Below, piece by piece: positions 51,531-64,000 of a DNA stretch of 64,000 nt. The DNA comes from Octopus vulgaris. Taxonomy: Eukaryota. Location of the stretch: the NCBI GenBank assembly GCA_951406725.2, contig OX597836.1, positions 10,106,001 through 10,170,000 of the forward strand, written 5' to 3'. The position numbers were made by a program, and so were the translations under genes. The notes below the pieces were generated by a model, which did no database searches, was not told where the DNA came from, and was given only the letters and a program-made list of their open reading frames with translations. Numbering within the stretch: the stretch's first letter is position 1; each line of letters opens with the position of its first letter.

Positions 51531-52417
51531 CGAATGTGCACGAGAGAAGTAGGTAAAAAAGAGTGGGGAATCAAGATCAAATAAAAACTGTCGAAATTTG
51601 AAAAACTTATTGAACCGCAGTTCACATGAAATAAACTCTTTCGTTATTGATATATAGAAACACGTGTGTGTGTGTGTGTGTGTGAGTGAGTACCTTTAGC
51701 CACCGGGGAAGATCGTATCCTCTTACTCTCACCCTGCGGTGTCACGTTGATTTTTTTGTTGTTGTTAGTTTATCTTCCTGTCCATTTCTGATACTTTCGA
51801 CAATACGATGGTCTTCGTGAGTGGTGGTGGCGTCGGTGGTGAGGAAGTTATGCCGCTGTTGTTGTTGTTCTTGTTGTTGTTGTGTACCTCAGTCAACCCT
51901 GACCGAATAAACCTTATTGATCAAAGCGGCAATCCAGCCGTGGCCATATATTTTTGTATATCAACAGCATCGTGTCCAATACATATATCCTTTAAGTTTT
52001 TAATATGTAAGTTGAGAGGGATTTGGCTGCTATTTTCGGAAGGTGGAGAAACCACGTAGAAGCCCATTCACTGTGAGCGGCATGGTGTTTGTGTATCTGT
52101 GTATTAAACTAAAAGTATAGACAGCCAAACAAATGGTATCTGTTCAGCTTATGACATTAAAATATGTATTCATATAAATGATGTGTTGGGGGGAAAGCAT
52201 TCTTAAAGGAATATGAATCACAAATGATCAATAAAAGATCGGTTCAGGAATGACTATAAAAGGTTGTGGTATACTCCCGGAATAGTTGTAGATTAAGTCC
52301 TTAGTATTGATATTACATAGGTTAAAGTAGGTAATTATAGTCGAAATACAAAGCTGAAAGTGAAGAAAGATGCATAGATTGTGTGTGCGCGTGTTTGCAT
52401 ATATGTATATATATATA

Positions 52418-52479
<62 letters not shown>

Positions 52480-52847
52480 CGTCACATTTTCTGGGGCGTC
52501 ATATATCTATTAAAATGTCTGTTTGATGAGTACTGTTATTTGTATCCTCCCTGAAAAGATCGATACATATCTGACCATTATTCATCCTGTCGGACGTATT
52601 TTGGATGCATCCATCGAAACATATGTAGGAGATATGAAGATATAAATGATTTAATAATCTCGAGCGTTTGTCTCCTTTTTCTATATGTGTGTGTGTGTGT
52701 ATGAGCGCGCGCGCGTGTATATAGTGCGTCTGTATAGACATATTAGGATTTCAGAACTATTTATTAATGCAACTTGCAATACAACACATTTCATACAGTT
52801 ACATCAATAAATAGTTTGAAATCCTACCATGACGTTACGGACACACT

Positions 52848-52928
<81 letters not shown>

Positions 52929-53616
52929 TAGCTAGATAGATAGATCGATAGAAGTATGTGTATCGGTAGCTGTCACTTTCTTTTACTTCCGGGACGATTT
53001 CGTTTCGCCTCGCGTTGAGTTAAGCTGCGTTAAAGAAAATTAGAATTTTGTTTTCCTTGTGCAACGCATTTGCACATCAGCAAATAGCTTTTACACTATT
53101 TGTATAAATACCTCTTATAGGCCGAAGCGAGTCGTTTCAGTGGACGAGTTCCTTGAACAGAAGAGCGGAAACGACCTCGAAATATTGATATCTGCTTCTC
53201 CCTTTCACTACCGGGGTGATTTCGTCCCGCTTAGCTTGATGTACGGGGTGTCTTTAAGCATAATGCATCTAACAAGATGTTTCGAAGAAAAACTCTTATA
53301 TATATCATTGTTCTAAAAGTGGCACAAATATAATGGTTATCTCGTGTTCAGTTGTCCTGGCATTTTAAGTACAACTGCTCGTAGTGGCCCTGGTGACAAT
53401 CAATATGAACAGCAAGACAAGGCAGCTATCCTGGGATATTTAAGTCCTGGCAATCAATGAAGGGCGTGGTGGAGTCGGAGAGTTTTATTGTATGTAGCTT
53501 GGTGGAGAGTAATGGGTGTTAAAAGGAGAATGAAAAGCGTGATGGAGGAAGGAAGAGGAGGTTAGACGAAACGAACATTAAGATGCCCAACCGACCTATT
53601 TATTAATATAAATACT

Positions 53617-54246
<630 letters not shown>

Positions 54247-55219
54247 CGACTGTTGCCATCGTACCAGTTGTTGATATCTCAGTTCATTACTTCTTCTTAA
54301 TAAGGTTAAACAGCAAAGATAATAGCACAACGACCAGAGTCACGCACCGGTGAAAGATAATCTTCGCGCTTTTCAACTCTTGCTGTAATAAAACTTAATT
54401 CGTTGTCTCCTTTCTGTCATATCAACAACCGATATAAAGTATCCGCTGGTTAAGCCACGGCCATGGTTGGCTCAATAGCTTTTACACACACACACACTTA
54501 CACATACACACATACAGGCACGCATACACATACACACTGTTACACTCAGGCACACACTAATAAAGTTCTTCGCTCGTTGACAACATTCAGTAATGAAGTA
54601 CTTTCCTTTTCTTAGGTGGGTCGTCGGTAAGGAGGCTTTAGTTGTGCGTTATGGCTATACACACCTGGCGACCGTTTCAAGAGCATTTCAAACAGGGGCG
54701 TTCCAGCTATGGATACGACAGTTTATTAGGAGCTGCATGTCTCTTTACTGAAAAATCAAGCAAGCGTTAAGTACTTTCCGTGTGTTCGACAATATTTCAG
54801 CATAATAATATCAACTGATGAGGGACTGACGTGAAAAGTAAATAGTTGTTTAGATTTAAATAACCCTAAATTAGACGTGGCGGTTTCGCGTTTGAGGACC
54901 GCTAGTCTTTCATTTCTAGTAGTCACGATAAAATATATAGCAACAACTGTCCTGTATTGTAATAAATAATCAAATGAATTGAAGAGACAGGTGTCGTCTG
55001 TATTTACCTTAATCATAGGAATTTACAGGCTTACAGTTGTTATTTAGCTGCGTCTGTTTCAGGTCGGGTCCATCTCTTCAACGTGATCGTCTCAAGCTGC
55101 GGCTTACCCCGAGTTATTTCTCTAGGACTGTCTGTCTCGGGTTTTTTTCATCAAAGGATATATTTAATACTTGTTTAGTCGTCCATTACCTTTGGTAATC
55201 GGTGCTTGTGGGTGTAGAA

Positions 55220-55381
55220 CAGACATGGGCAACCTTTTTCGTGAAGCGGACCACATGAGGCTTGGCTCATCATTAGGCGAGCCACACTACAGCTAAAAGA
55301 AAAAAAAATTAAAATTCATGGTAATTTTTCGTTAGGTGTGGCATTCAGAGAATTCCACGGGGCGCATGTTGCCCATGACTG
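55220..55381. mobile_element. hAT (Charlie-like) MITE
   Basis: TIRs CAGACATGGGCAAC / GTTGCCCATGACTG; 8-bp TSD GTGTAGAA / GTATAGAG. Confidence 0.85.
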
Positions 55382-55684
55382 GTATAGAGTGTTCTTAATG
55401 GGTGGAAAATGCTCTAAGAATATAGAAAGTACCAGAAAAAGAAATATAACTCATGGTCTTCGTCACTGAATAATGTGCCTCCGTTTAAAATTGGACAGGG
55501 AACCGATAATAATAAGATTTGTGTTAGAATAAAAGGAATATATTGATTTAGGAAGTTATCAATACAAAATATAAAGCCACGGGATTCGTTTTGCAGCTAC
55601 ATGGCTCGGGGTTCGTTCGTCTGATATGACACTCTTAGCAACTGTCTTCTCCAATAGCTTCAGATTGACAATACTGGTAACAAG

Positions 55685-55886
55685 ATGACGAAATGCTTAG
55701 TGATACTTCGTCTGTCGTTTTGTTCTAAGTTCAAATTCCGCCGAGGTCGACTTTGCCTCTCATTCTTTCGGGGTCGATTAAATAAGTACCAGTTACGCAC
55801 TGGGGTCGATATAATCGACTTAATCCGTTTTTCTGTTCTTGTTCGTCCCCTCTGTGTTTAGCCCCTTGTGGGTAGTAAAGAAATAG
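55685..55886 (+). mobile_element. 5'-truncated SINE family B
   Basis: TSD ATACTGGTAACAAG on both sides. Confidence 0.85.
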
Positions 55887-56909
55887 ATACTGGTAACAAG
55901 TGGCGGTGGTGTTAAACTGGGTGATGGACTCAGTCTACCTCTGTTGATGTCTATGTGTGTGTGTGTGTGTGTGTGTGTAATGGATGTAATGTAATATTTT
56001 TGATAAACAAACAAAATTAACTTTCGCCGAATTCTTTTAGTTTATTTAATTAACACTTAAGCAACTTTAAATTTATACAAATTTTAAAACTTAGTAAATA
56101 TATCCACACCATAATGCTCCTTTTAACATTATATTTAACTTTTAATAGACCTAAGTAATTTAATTGAATACTAATTAAGAATTCTCTAACACTATCATTT
56201 TACCAAATATCTACAAAGAAAAAATATTAATTCAATTTCAATCACACATAAATTCAATCACACATGCGTACATGTATGTATGTATGTATGTATGTATGTA
56301 TGTATGTATGTATGTTTGTATGTATGTATGTAGCTTTATACATGATAGAGAAATGGTTATTTAAGCTTCAGTAATTTGTGACTGTGTCAACAAATCATCG
56401 AATCGAGAGCCAATATTGATAAGAGTTGTATCAAAATAGAATCACTGTATTCATTTTATTAACTACCAAAACAAATATAGCGATCTAGGAAGTTAATCTA
56501 TACGAAATATAAAATCATTGACCTGCGCAGATATGGATGTACGGTGAAGAGTTTCGTTTTGCATAGTATCCGAGTTCGTTCTTCCTGCATACGGTGCTGT
56601 TAAGGTAGGCTTAACAACATCGTTGCGCACAAAAGCGTGAGTCCAAGAAGTAAAGCTTTCTTCAAGGCAGAGCTAGAAATGCAATTATCAAGTAGGTAAG
56701 AGGTTTTAAACAAAACCGATATATTCAAAATTGCCACCAAATGACATGTTCAATTGGTTACGGTCAAGCAACTGACGAGCAAGTCTGTGGTATTGAGCAG
56801 AATATTTGCTGTAAGCCCATCTTTTATACCAAGACAAAACAATGCACATGATAACACTTCCAATCAGTTAAGATCAGAAGCCATGAGAGTCACTGTCTGG
56901 TACTGCATC

Positions 56910-56969
<60 letters not shown>

Positions 56970-56971
<2 letters not shown>

Positions 56972-57313
56972 GTTTGACTCTTGCTTTATATTTGTACAAG
57001 TTGGCTCCAAGTCTCACCCGGAGACCTCAAGAGACAACAGGTTGGAAGTTCACGTTGTTGTTATGCCTAGTGTGCCATATATTTGGTTGTTTTTTGTGTT
57101 GTACTGGTGGATGTCTAAAAAAAAAAATGCTTGTTTTAAACCTTGAGATTACATAGAAAGTATTTTGCGTAGGATATGGGCAGTTCCCATGAGCACTATC
57201 TTTTGAATTTCTGCCATTTTTGGGTTTCCTGGTATCTGAGTTATGTAGCTATCAGCCCCTTTTGCTATCATTCCCAGGGCACCTATGACAACAGGTATTG
57301 TTTTAGTCTTCAG

Positions 57314-57316
<3 letters not shown>
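56970..57316 (-). mobile_element. R4/Dong-clade non-LTR retrotransposon 3' end in (TAA)n
   Basis: 57316-57149 encodes NLKTKTIPVVIGALGMI...EIQKIVLMGTAHILRKILSM*, the RLE C-terminus; (TTA)n arrays on both sides. Confidence 0.85.
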
Positions 57317-57378
<62 letters not shown>

Positions 57379-57399
57379 GTGGGGTTGCTAAATTTCATG

Positions 57400-57687
57400 G
57401 AGGTGATAGTGATGATGATGATAATGGTGATGATGATGAAGATGATGACAGCAGACAGAGTAACGATGGCAATAATATTGATTGTTAGCAGTACGCTGGA
57501 TGGTCTGCGATGGTATTTTTGGCGGTAAAGGTAGTGATGGTAGTGCTTGTGTTGGCGGCATAAACATTGGTGACAGTAGTGGTTTGCGATGGTATTTGCG
57601 GCGGTTGTGTTGATGACAGTGATATCGGCAGTGGTGGCAGTGGCGGTTGTGGTGCCGATGGTGGTAGTGTTGCGGAGTATGGTGCTC

Positions 57688-57728
<41 letters not shown>

Positions 57729-58050
57729 CAGCAGCAGTTCTTGGGTGGTTTGGGAACGTCTTTGTGATGGTGACGTTTAATGACAGCGATGCTGGTATTA
57801 TCATTAATTGTAGTAGTAGTAGTGGTAGTGGTGTTGATGGTTGTGAATGTGGTGGTGGAAGTGGAGGATGTGGTGGTGGTTGTAGTGGTGGTAGTGGTGG
57901 TGGTGGTGGTGGTGGTAGAGATCGGAGTGATGGTGGTGGTGGCAAGGGTGGAGGTAGTGGTGACGGTGTATGTGGTGGTGGTTGTGGTGCCGCCGCCACC
58001 ACTGCCGCCGCCGCCTTTGTGGCAATGCTAGTGTTGATGGCGCGGTGTTG
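57400..58050. repeat. Degenerate GGT/GAT/AGT trinucleotide region
   Basis: Direct reading. Confidence 0.85.
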
Positions 58051-58579
58051 GAGAAAATGATTATAGTAATTTATTACCTGTTGCTACGATCTTCCACGTG
58101 AGTTGAAACCGAATCCACCAAACGTAAAAAGAAAAAGAAAAAAAAAAGGTTTACAGTAACAAAAAAAAAAAAAACGGGGTGGAAGCTGTGGTGGTGGTGG
58201 TGGTGGTGGTGGTGGTACTGGAGGAGGATACGGTTATAAATCTTCGAGGTGAAGGAGTGTAAGCTAGTTTTGGTTGGTTTAGCAGTTGCTCTTACCTGTG
58301 GTTTTGTAGCCACAAGTATTGGTAGGAGAGATACGGGTGGGATGAGCGGGTGAGCGGGTGGAGATAATAACAGAAGCGGAGAGGGTGGGATTAAATAGTC
58401 AGTAAAATGTCGCCAGAGTCGTTGTTTTTGTTTAACCCCAAGTAATCCTTGATCAAGCGGACCTAAGATCAAAGGCGTTCTACCCTTGACCTTCCTGTCC
58501 GGTGTCTGGTGTGTGCTTTCATTCATTAAGGTTTTGGGTATGACTTAAAGAAGATTTGGGTGCAATATTTATCAGGTTT

Positions 58580-60735
58580 TCCAAATTCCACCGAGGTCGA
58601 CTTTGCCTTTCATCTTTTTGGGGTCGATAAATTAAGTACTAGTTACGTACTGGGGTCGATCTAATCAACTGGCCTCCTCCCCCAAAGTTTCGGGCCTTGT
58701 GCCTAGAGTAGAAAAGAATATAGTGACTTCAAATATCCGCCGAGGTCAACTTTGCCTTTCATTCTTTTGGAGTTGATAAATTAAGTACCAGTTGCGTACT
58801 GAAGTCGATCTAATTGACTGGTCTCCTCCCCACCCAAAAAATAATTTCGGGCCTTGTGCCTAGAGTACAAAAGAATATTTAGCAGGTTTAAGGCAGTGAC
58901 TCAGAATCGTTAGCACGTCGTCTTTACGTTCCGAGGTCAAATTCCATCACGGTTGACTTTGCTTTTCATCCTTTAGAGGTCGATAAAATAAGTACCAGCC
59001 GAGCACTGGGGTCGATGTAATCGACTTAGCCCCTTCCCCAAAATTGCTGGCCTTGTGCCAAAATTTGAAACCACTTAAGGCGGTAAGCTGGCAGAATCGT
59101 TAGCACGACGGACATAATGCTTCATGACATTCCGTCCATCTTTACGTTCTGAGTTCAAATTCCGCCAAGATTGACTTTATTTTTCAACCTTTCGGGGTCG
59201 GTAAAATAAGTACCAGTTGAGCACTGGGGTCGATGTAATCGTCTTAGCCCCTCTTCCGAAATTGCTGGCCTTGTGTCTAAAATTTGAAACTAATATTTAG
59301 CAGGCTGCTATATTTATTAAAGGTGGCGAGCTGGCCAAATCGTTAGCTCGCTAGAGAAAAAGCTTAGCAGCATTTCTAACTGCTCTTTGCATTCTGAATT
59401 CAAATTCCGCCGGGGTTAAATCTTGGCTTTCATCCTTTACGAGGGTCGATGAGGATCTCTTCAGTTTCAATCACAGATTTTTTAATTATTCTTTTTTTTT
59501 TTAACTAAACAGTTTGAAATTTCGCATACTGGTGTAATTTCTCACGTTGAACACGGTTTAATTTCAACATTTTTTGACAAAATTTATTTTGTGTTAAAGT
59601 TGTCGTATTTGGGTAATTTTAACCAATCAACGACGTGTATTCAGCTGAAAAAAGTTACTGCTGTTTGCGAAATTAATCGACGAGCAACAACTTCCGGGTC
59701 ATCTCTACTAAATGTCACCACTCTGTTTTATTTTATTTTTGTTCACTGCCCTCAGGGGTGGGGCTAAGTCGATTACATCGACCCCAGTGCTTAACTGGTA
59801 CTCATTTTATCGACCCCGAAAGATGAAAAATAAAGCCAACCTCGGTTGAATTTGAACACAGAACGTAAAGACAGATGGAATATCATGAAGCATTTGTCCC
59901 GTCATGCTAAAGATTCTGCCAGCTTGCTGCCTTAAGTGGTTTCAAATTTTGGCACAAGGCCAGCAATTTGGGGGAAGGGGGCTAAGTCGATTACATCGAC
60001 CCCAGTGCTCGACTAGTACTTATTACACGCTTTATTTTTCTTATCTATTTTTTTTTTTCAAGGAAGTATTTTCTTACAAAATGAAACCACCAAAGAACTA
60101 AAGTAGAATAGCGAGCTGCTGGAAATGCCGGTTAAATATTCCTAGCATCTATTGGAGTTAAAACTACCAAATATTTTAACTGATCTAAAAGCAAAAAAAT
60201 CAAAAAAATCATCTAATATGCAACACAGGCAGTAAACAAAAATAAAATAGAAGAGAGTGGTGACATTTAGTAGAGATGACCCGGAAGTGGTTGCCCTTCG
60301 ATTACTTTCGCAAACAGCAGTAACATTCTTCAGCAGAATACACGTCGTTGATTGGTTAAAATTTCCCAAATACAACTTTAACACAAAATAACTTCTAAAA
60401 TACGAATTTTTTTCAAAAATGATGAAAGTAAGCTGTGTTCAGCGTGAGAAATTACACCAGTATACGAAATTTCAAACTGTTTAGTTAAAAAATAACAATT
60501 AAAAAATCTGTGATCAAAACTGAAAAAATCGTCGATGAAATTACTGGAGTCGAGGTAATCGACTGCCCCTCCCCCTAAAACTGCTGGTCTTGTACCAAAA
60601 TTAGAAATAATATTAAAGGCGGCGAACTGGCAGAATCGTTACTGCATCGGAGAAAATACTTAGTGGTATTTCTTCCAGTTCTTTACGTTCTGAGTTCAAA
60701 GTGCACCATGGTCAAATTTACTTCCATCGTTTCAG
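58580..60735. mobile_element. Dense cluster of about eight family B-related SINEs
   Basis: Repeated TTCAAATTCC...CTTTCATCCTTT...AAGTACCAG...GGCCTTGTGCC bodies. Confidence 0.85.
59453..60530. mobile_element. Mutator-like fold-back element with about 290-bp TIRs
   Basis: 59453-59740 inverted against 60240-60530; 8-bp TSD GTCGATGA (59445-59452, 60531-60538); splits a SINE. Confidence 0.85.
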
Positions 60736-60879
60736 ATGATGGAAGTAGTAATGGTCATGGTGACGATGATGGTGGTGGTAAGTCACTGAGTAGTGCCTGA
60801 TGCGATCCCACGACGCAAAATTATGATTCTTCACCACTTGTAATCTTCGCTTTTTTTGGGTTTTTTCTTCATTTACAGC

Positions 60880-61290
60880 TAGCATATAGTAGTAGTAGTG
60901 GTAGTAGTAGAGGTGGCGGTTGTAGTGGATGTGGTAGTGGTTGTTGTGATAGCTGTGGTAGTGGCGGTGATGGTTGTGGTGGCGGTGATAGTTGTTATGG
61001 TGGTGGTAGTTGTGATGGTGATGGTGGTTGTTGTTATGGCGGTTGTGGTGGTTGTGGTAGTGGCTATGGTAGTGGCGGTGGTGGTTGTTATTTTGGTAGT
61101 GGTGGTGGTGGCAGTGATGGTTGTGGCGGTGGTGGCGGTGTTGATAGTGGTGGTAGTGGTGGTTGTTCTCATTACGGTGTTGGCGGTGGTTGTTATGGTG
61201 GAGGCGGTGGTGGTGGTGGTGGTTGGGTCGTGATCGTCGTCGCCGTCGTCGTCGTGGTTGTTGTTGTTGTTGTTGCTGTTGCTGTTGTTG
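60880..61290. repeat. Degenerate (GGT/GTT)n array
   Basis: Direct reading. Confidence 0.9.
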
Positions 61291-61868
61291 TTTTCTATTT
61301 GTCGTCGTTGTTTATTTAGCTTTCCGAACAAGCAAACAGCTCCTCGCTTGCTAATTGAGTCAGTCGACAATCTTTCAAATTACTTACAGGTGGCCGAACA
61401 TTCGCTTTTGTTTTCTCGTGTTTCAAAACCATTTCGACTTTTCGTTCGGCGCCTCCGTCCACATATGCCTTTAGATACAAGCACGCACACACACACACAT
61501 ATACATACTCACACGCATACACACACACACACACATATACATACAAGTGCGCGCACACCCACACACATATGTACGCATAGATGACATATATACACATAGA
61601 CAATACATGCACGACGCGCGCGCGAGCGCTCACACACACACACACACCCAAACACACACACACACATACACACACGCGAAAGCGCGCATACAACACACTG
61701 ACACACACACACACACACATGCAAGCGCGCACATATATACAACGCACACATGCAAGTGCGCGCGCGCGACAGACAGACAGACACACACAAGCGACACATA
61801 CGCACGAACATACACATTCCTGCGCACGGATACACATACACACATGGACATATATACATGAACACATA

Positions 61869-61905
<37 letters not shown>

Positions 61906-62349
61906 CATGAACACGGACATACACATGAGCACATATATATATACACATGGGCATATACATACACAGGGGCACATATATACACATGGGCACAATCCTATAC
62001 ACCTACACTTACATATACATGGGCATACCGACATTATTTCATCATGCGGAGATAATCATAGCGTTGCAGATGTTGTTATCAGTTTCCATTGACCTAGCGA
62101 TAATAATAAGCTGATAAAAATACGACGATAATAATAATAACGATAATGTCACACCCACGAACTGTCTTCTTTTCTTTACCGAAGAGAAAGAGAACGGTTC
62201 TTAGTTTTTTATGATCTTCACCTCTGACATTACAGGAAAGGAGAGACTGTAGGACTTTTAAGCTGTTTTTACTTCGAGGTCCTTCGCCCATCTTTCATCT
62301 TCACCTTGGTTGGAAGTCTAACCTGCTAAAACAGCTTCATACGATGTTC

Positions 62350-62415
<66 letters not shown>

Positions 62416-62419
<4 letters not shown>

Positions 62420-62627
62420 ATCCAAACAAGAAAGCACAAAAAAACACAACAACGCGAGGACGTGGAACAAATATAGTATTATTGGACGCTCAGGAAAGAA
62501 GGAAAGAAGGAGGGTGTAACGTTTCGAGCGGAGCTCTTCGTCGGAAACATAAGAGAAGGAAAGATCCAGAGAAGGGAAGACAGAGGGAAAAAAATCGCCA
62601 ACGGTACACACGCGGTCACATTTTGAA
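62416..62627 (-). mobile_element. PLE-like terminal remnant in (TA)n with hammerhead-like motif (62514-62548)
   Basis: GTTT-CCGACGA-A-GAGC(TCC)GCTC-GAA-ACGT-T-ACAC. Confidence 0.6.
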
Positions 62628-62672
<45 letters not shown>

Positions 62673-62780
62673 TATACTTTATTTCTGTAAGAATCTTTTA
62701 GTTGTTCTAGAATAATCCATAGAAATCAGATGCGGAAGAAATTCTGGTCTGGAATCGAACTCATCTTACTCTCTCTTTCT

Positions 62781-62820
<40 letters not shown>

Positions 62821-62855
62821 CTTTCTCATTTTCTCTTTCTGTCTCTCTCGCTCCT

Positions 62856-62909
<54 letters not shown>

Positions 62910-63333
62910 CCCCCACTCTTCTCTCATCAAGTGATGTTACCACTCGTTTATGAAACTTGTTGCTAAGCTGCATCCTGCTGCTACTGTTGTTGTCATCGTC
63001 CTCGTCGGAATTTCCAGATCCACCGTTGACACAAGCTTACGCTTTTTCCCGGTCTCCATATACTGCATTAACATTCCTCGCACTTTCCGTTGCGTTGTTG
63101 CTTTTATTGAAATTATAAAGCGAAATATGCCGAATATGCTCCTTTGTCACTTCCATTATAGCTTTGAAAAAAAATAACTTAAAATCAAACTGCACTCTTC
63201 AAAATTTGCACTAATAATAAGTAAAAGGTAAAACTATTACCTGCTTTTATAGCAAGTAGATGCAGGTAGTTTATCCCAACACCCTCCCGACTTTTAGTTC
63301 ATGCAATTGAAAAAACCGCATTATTTACGGTAT

Positions 63334-63740
63334 ACTCTTTACTTGTTTCAGTCATTTGACTGCGGCCATGCTGGAGCACCGCCTTTAATCGAGCAACTCG
63401 ACCCCGGGACTTATTCTTTTTTACGCCCAGTACATATTCTATCGGTCTCTTTTGCCGAACCGCTAAGTAACGGGGACGTAAACACACCAGCATCGGTTGT
63501 CAAGCAATGCTAGGGGGACAAACACAGACACACAAACATACACGCACACACACACATATATATATATACATATATACGACGGGCTTCTTTCAGTTTCCAT
63601 CTACCAAATCCACTCACAAGGCATTGGTCGGCCCGGGGCTATTGCAGAAGACACTTGCCCAAGATGCCACGCAGTGGGACTGAACCCGGAACCATGTGGT
63701 TGGTTAGCAAGCTACTTACCACACAGCCACTCCTGCGCCT
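63334..63740 (-). mobile_element. SINE family A, full length
   Basis: Collinear with other copies; another copy starts at about 63960. Confidence 0.9.
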
Positions 63741-63760
63741 ATATGACCCAATATTTATCG

Positions 63761-63930
63761 CAATGGTTCTCAAACATTTTTTTACCTATGACCACCTTCG
63801 ATTACTGTTTTATGCTGGTGGTCCCCTATAGCCATATGATGTTTACAAACTATTTTATAGAAACTTCTTTCAAAATTTTCCTGAATTTTTCGGTCAGAAA
63901 CTCGTTAAATTATTTAAAATTTTAGAGAAA
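63761..63930. mobile_element. Possible hAT MITE left end
   Basis: CAATGGTTCTCAAAC resembles a Charlie-type TIR; right end not in window. Confidence 0.4.
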
Positions 63931-64000
63931 GTAGCTTAGCTGATTTTCGCAAGAAATACTTACTCTTTTACTTGTTTCAGTCATTTGACTGTGGCCATGC

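Noticed and set aside
53119-53250. Possible plus-strand exon (PKRVVSVDEFLEQK...)
   Set aside because: Acceptor plausible but no strong donor or recognisable protein
57388-58060. Pro/Gly-rich ORFs
   Set aside because: Low-complexity repeat open in many frames
60879-61370. Mucin-like poly-Thr ORF
   Set aside because: Degenerate trinucleotide repeat with a non-ATG start; no domain or splice support

Overview
Repeat-dense, AT-rich animal non-coding DNA, very probably from an octopus (inferred from the tRNA-derived SINE families and the extreme (TA)n/(TG)n/(TATG)n/(CTAT)n load). No intact host protein-coding gene can be supported, and most ORFs in the track are microsatellite or SINE translations. 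Recognisable coding remnants are all transposon-derived: RTE LINE pieces, a Tc1 transposase lacking its DDE core, a mariner 3' end, an R4/Dong 3' end in (TAA)n, and a pseudogenised Helitron Pif1-like helicase. That helicase is linked to its 3' hairpin through a 4.4-kb hierarchical A4T4 satellite. There are also many nested MITEs. The two most notable signals are (i) a SINE family forming head+(184-bp body)n arrays through one recurrent junction, which looks like self-targeted insertion, and (ii) Penelope-like islands, mostly microsatellite-embedded, with long fold-backs and type-I hammerhead-ribozyme folds that repeatedly carry a CCGAYGA (U4C) core. Also seen: a 1.16-kb inversion reconstructed from split SINEs, a pre-miRNA-like hairpin and a GCGTG/Egr motif cluster.
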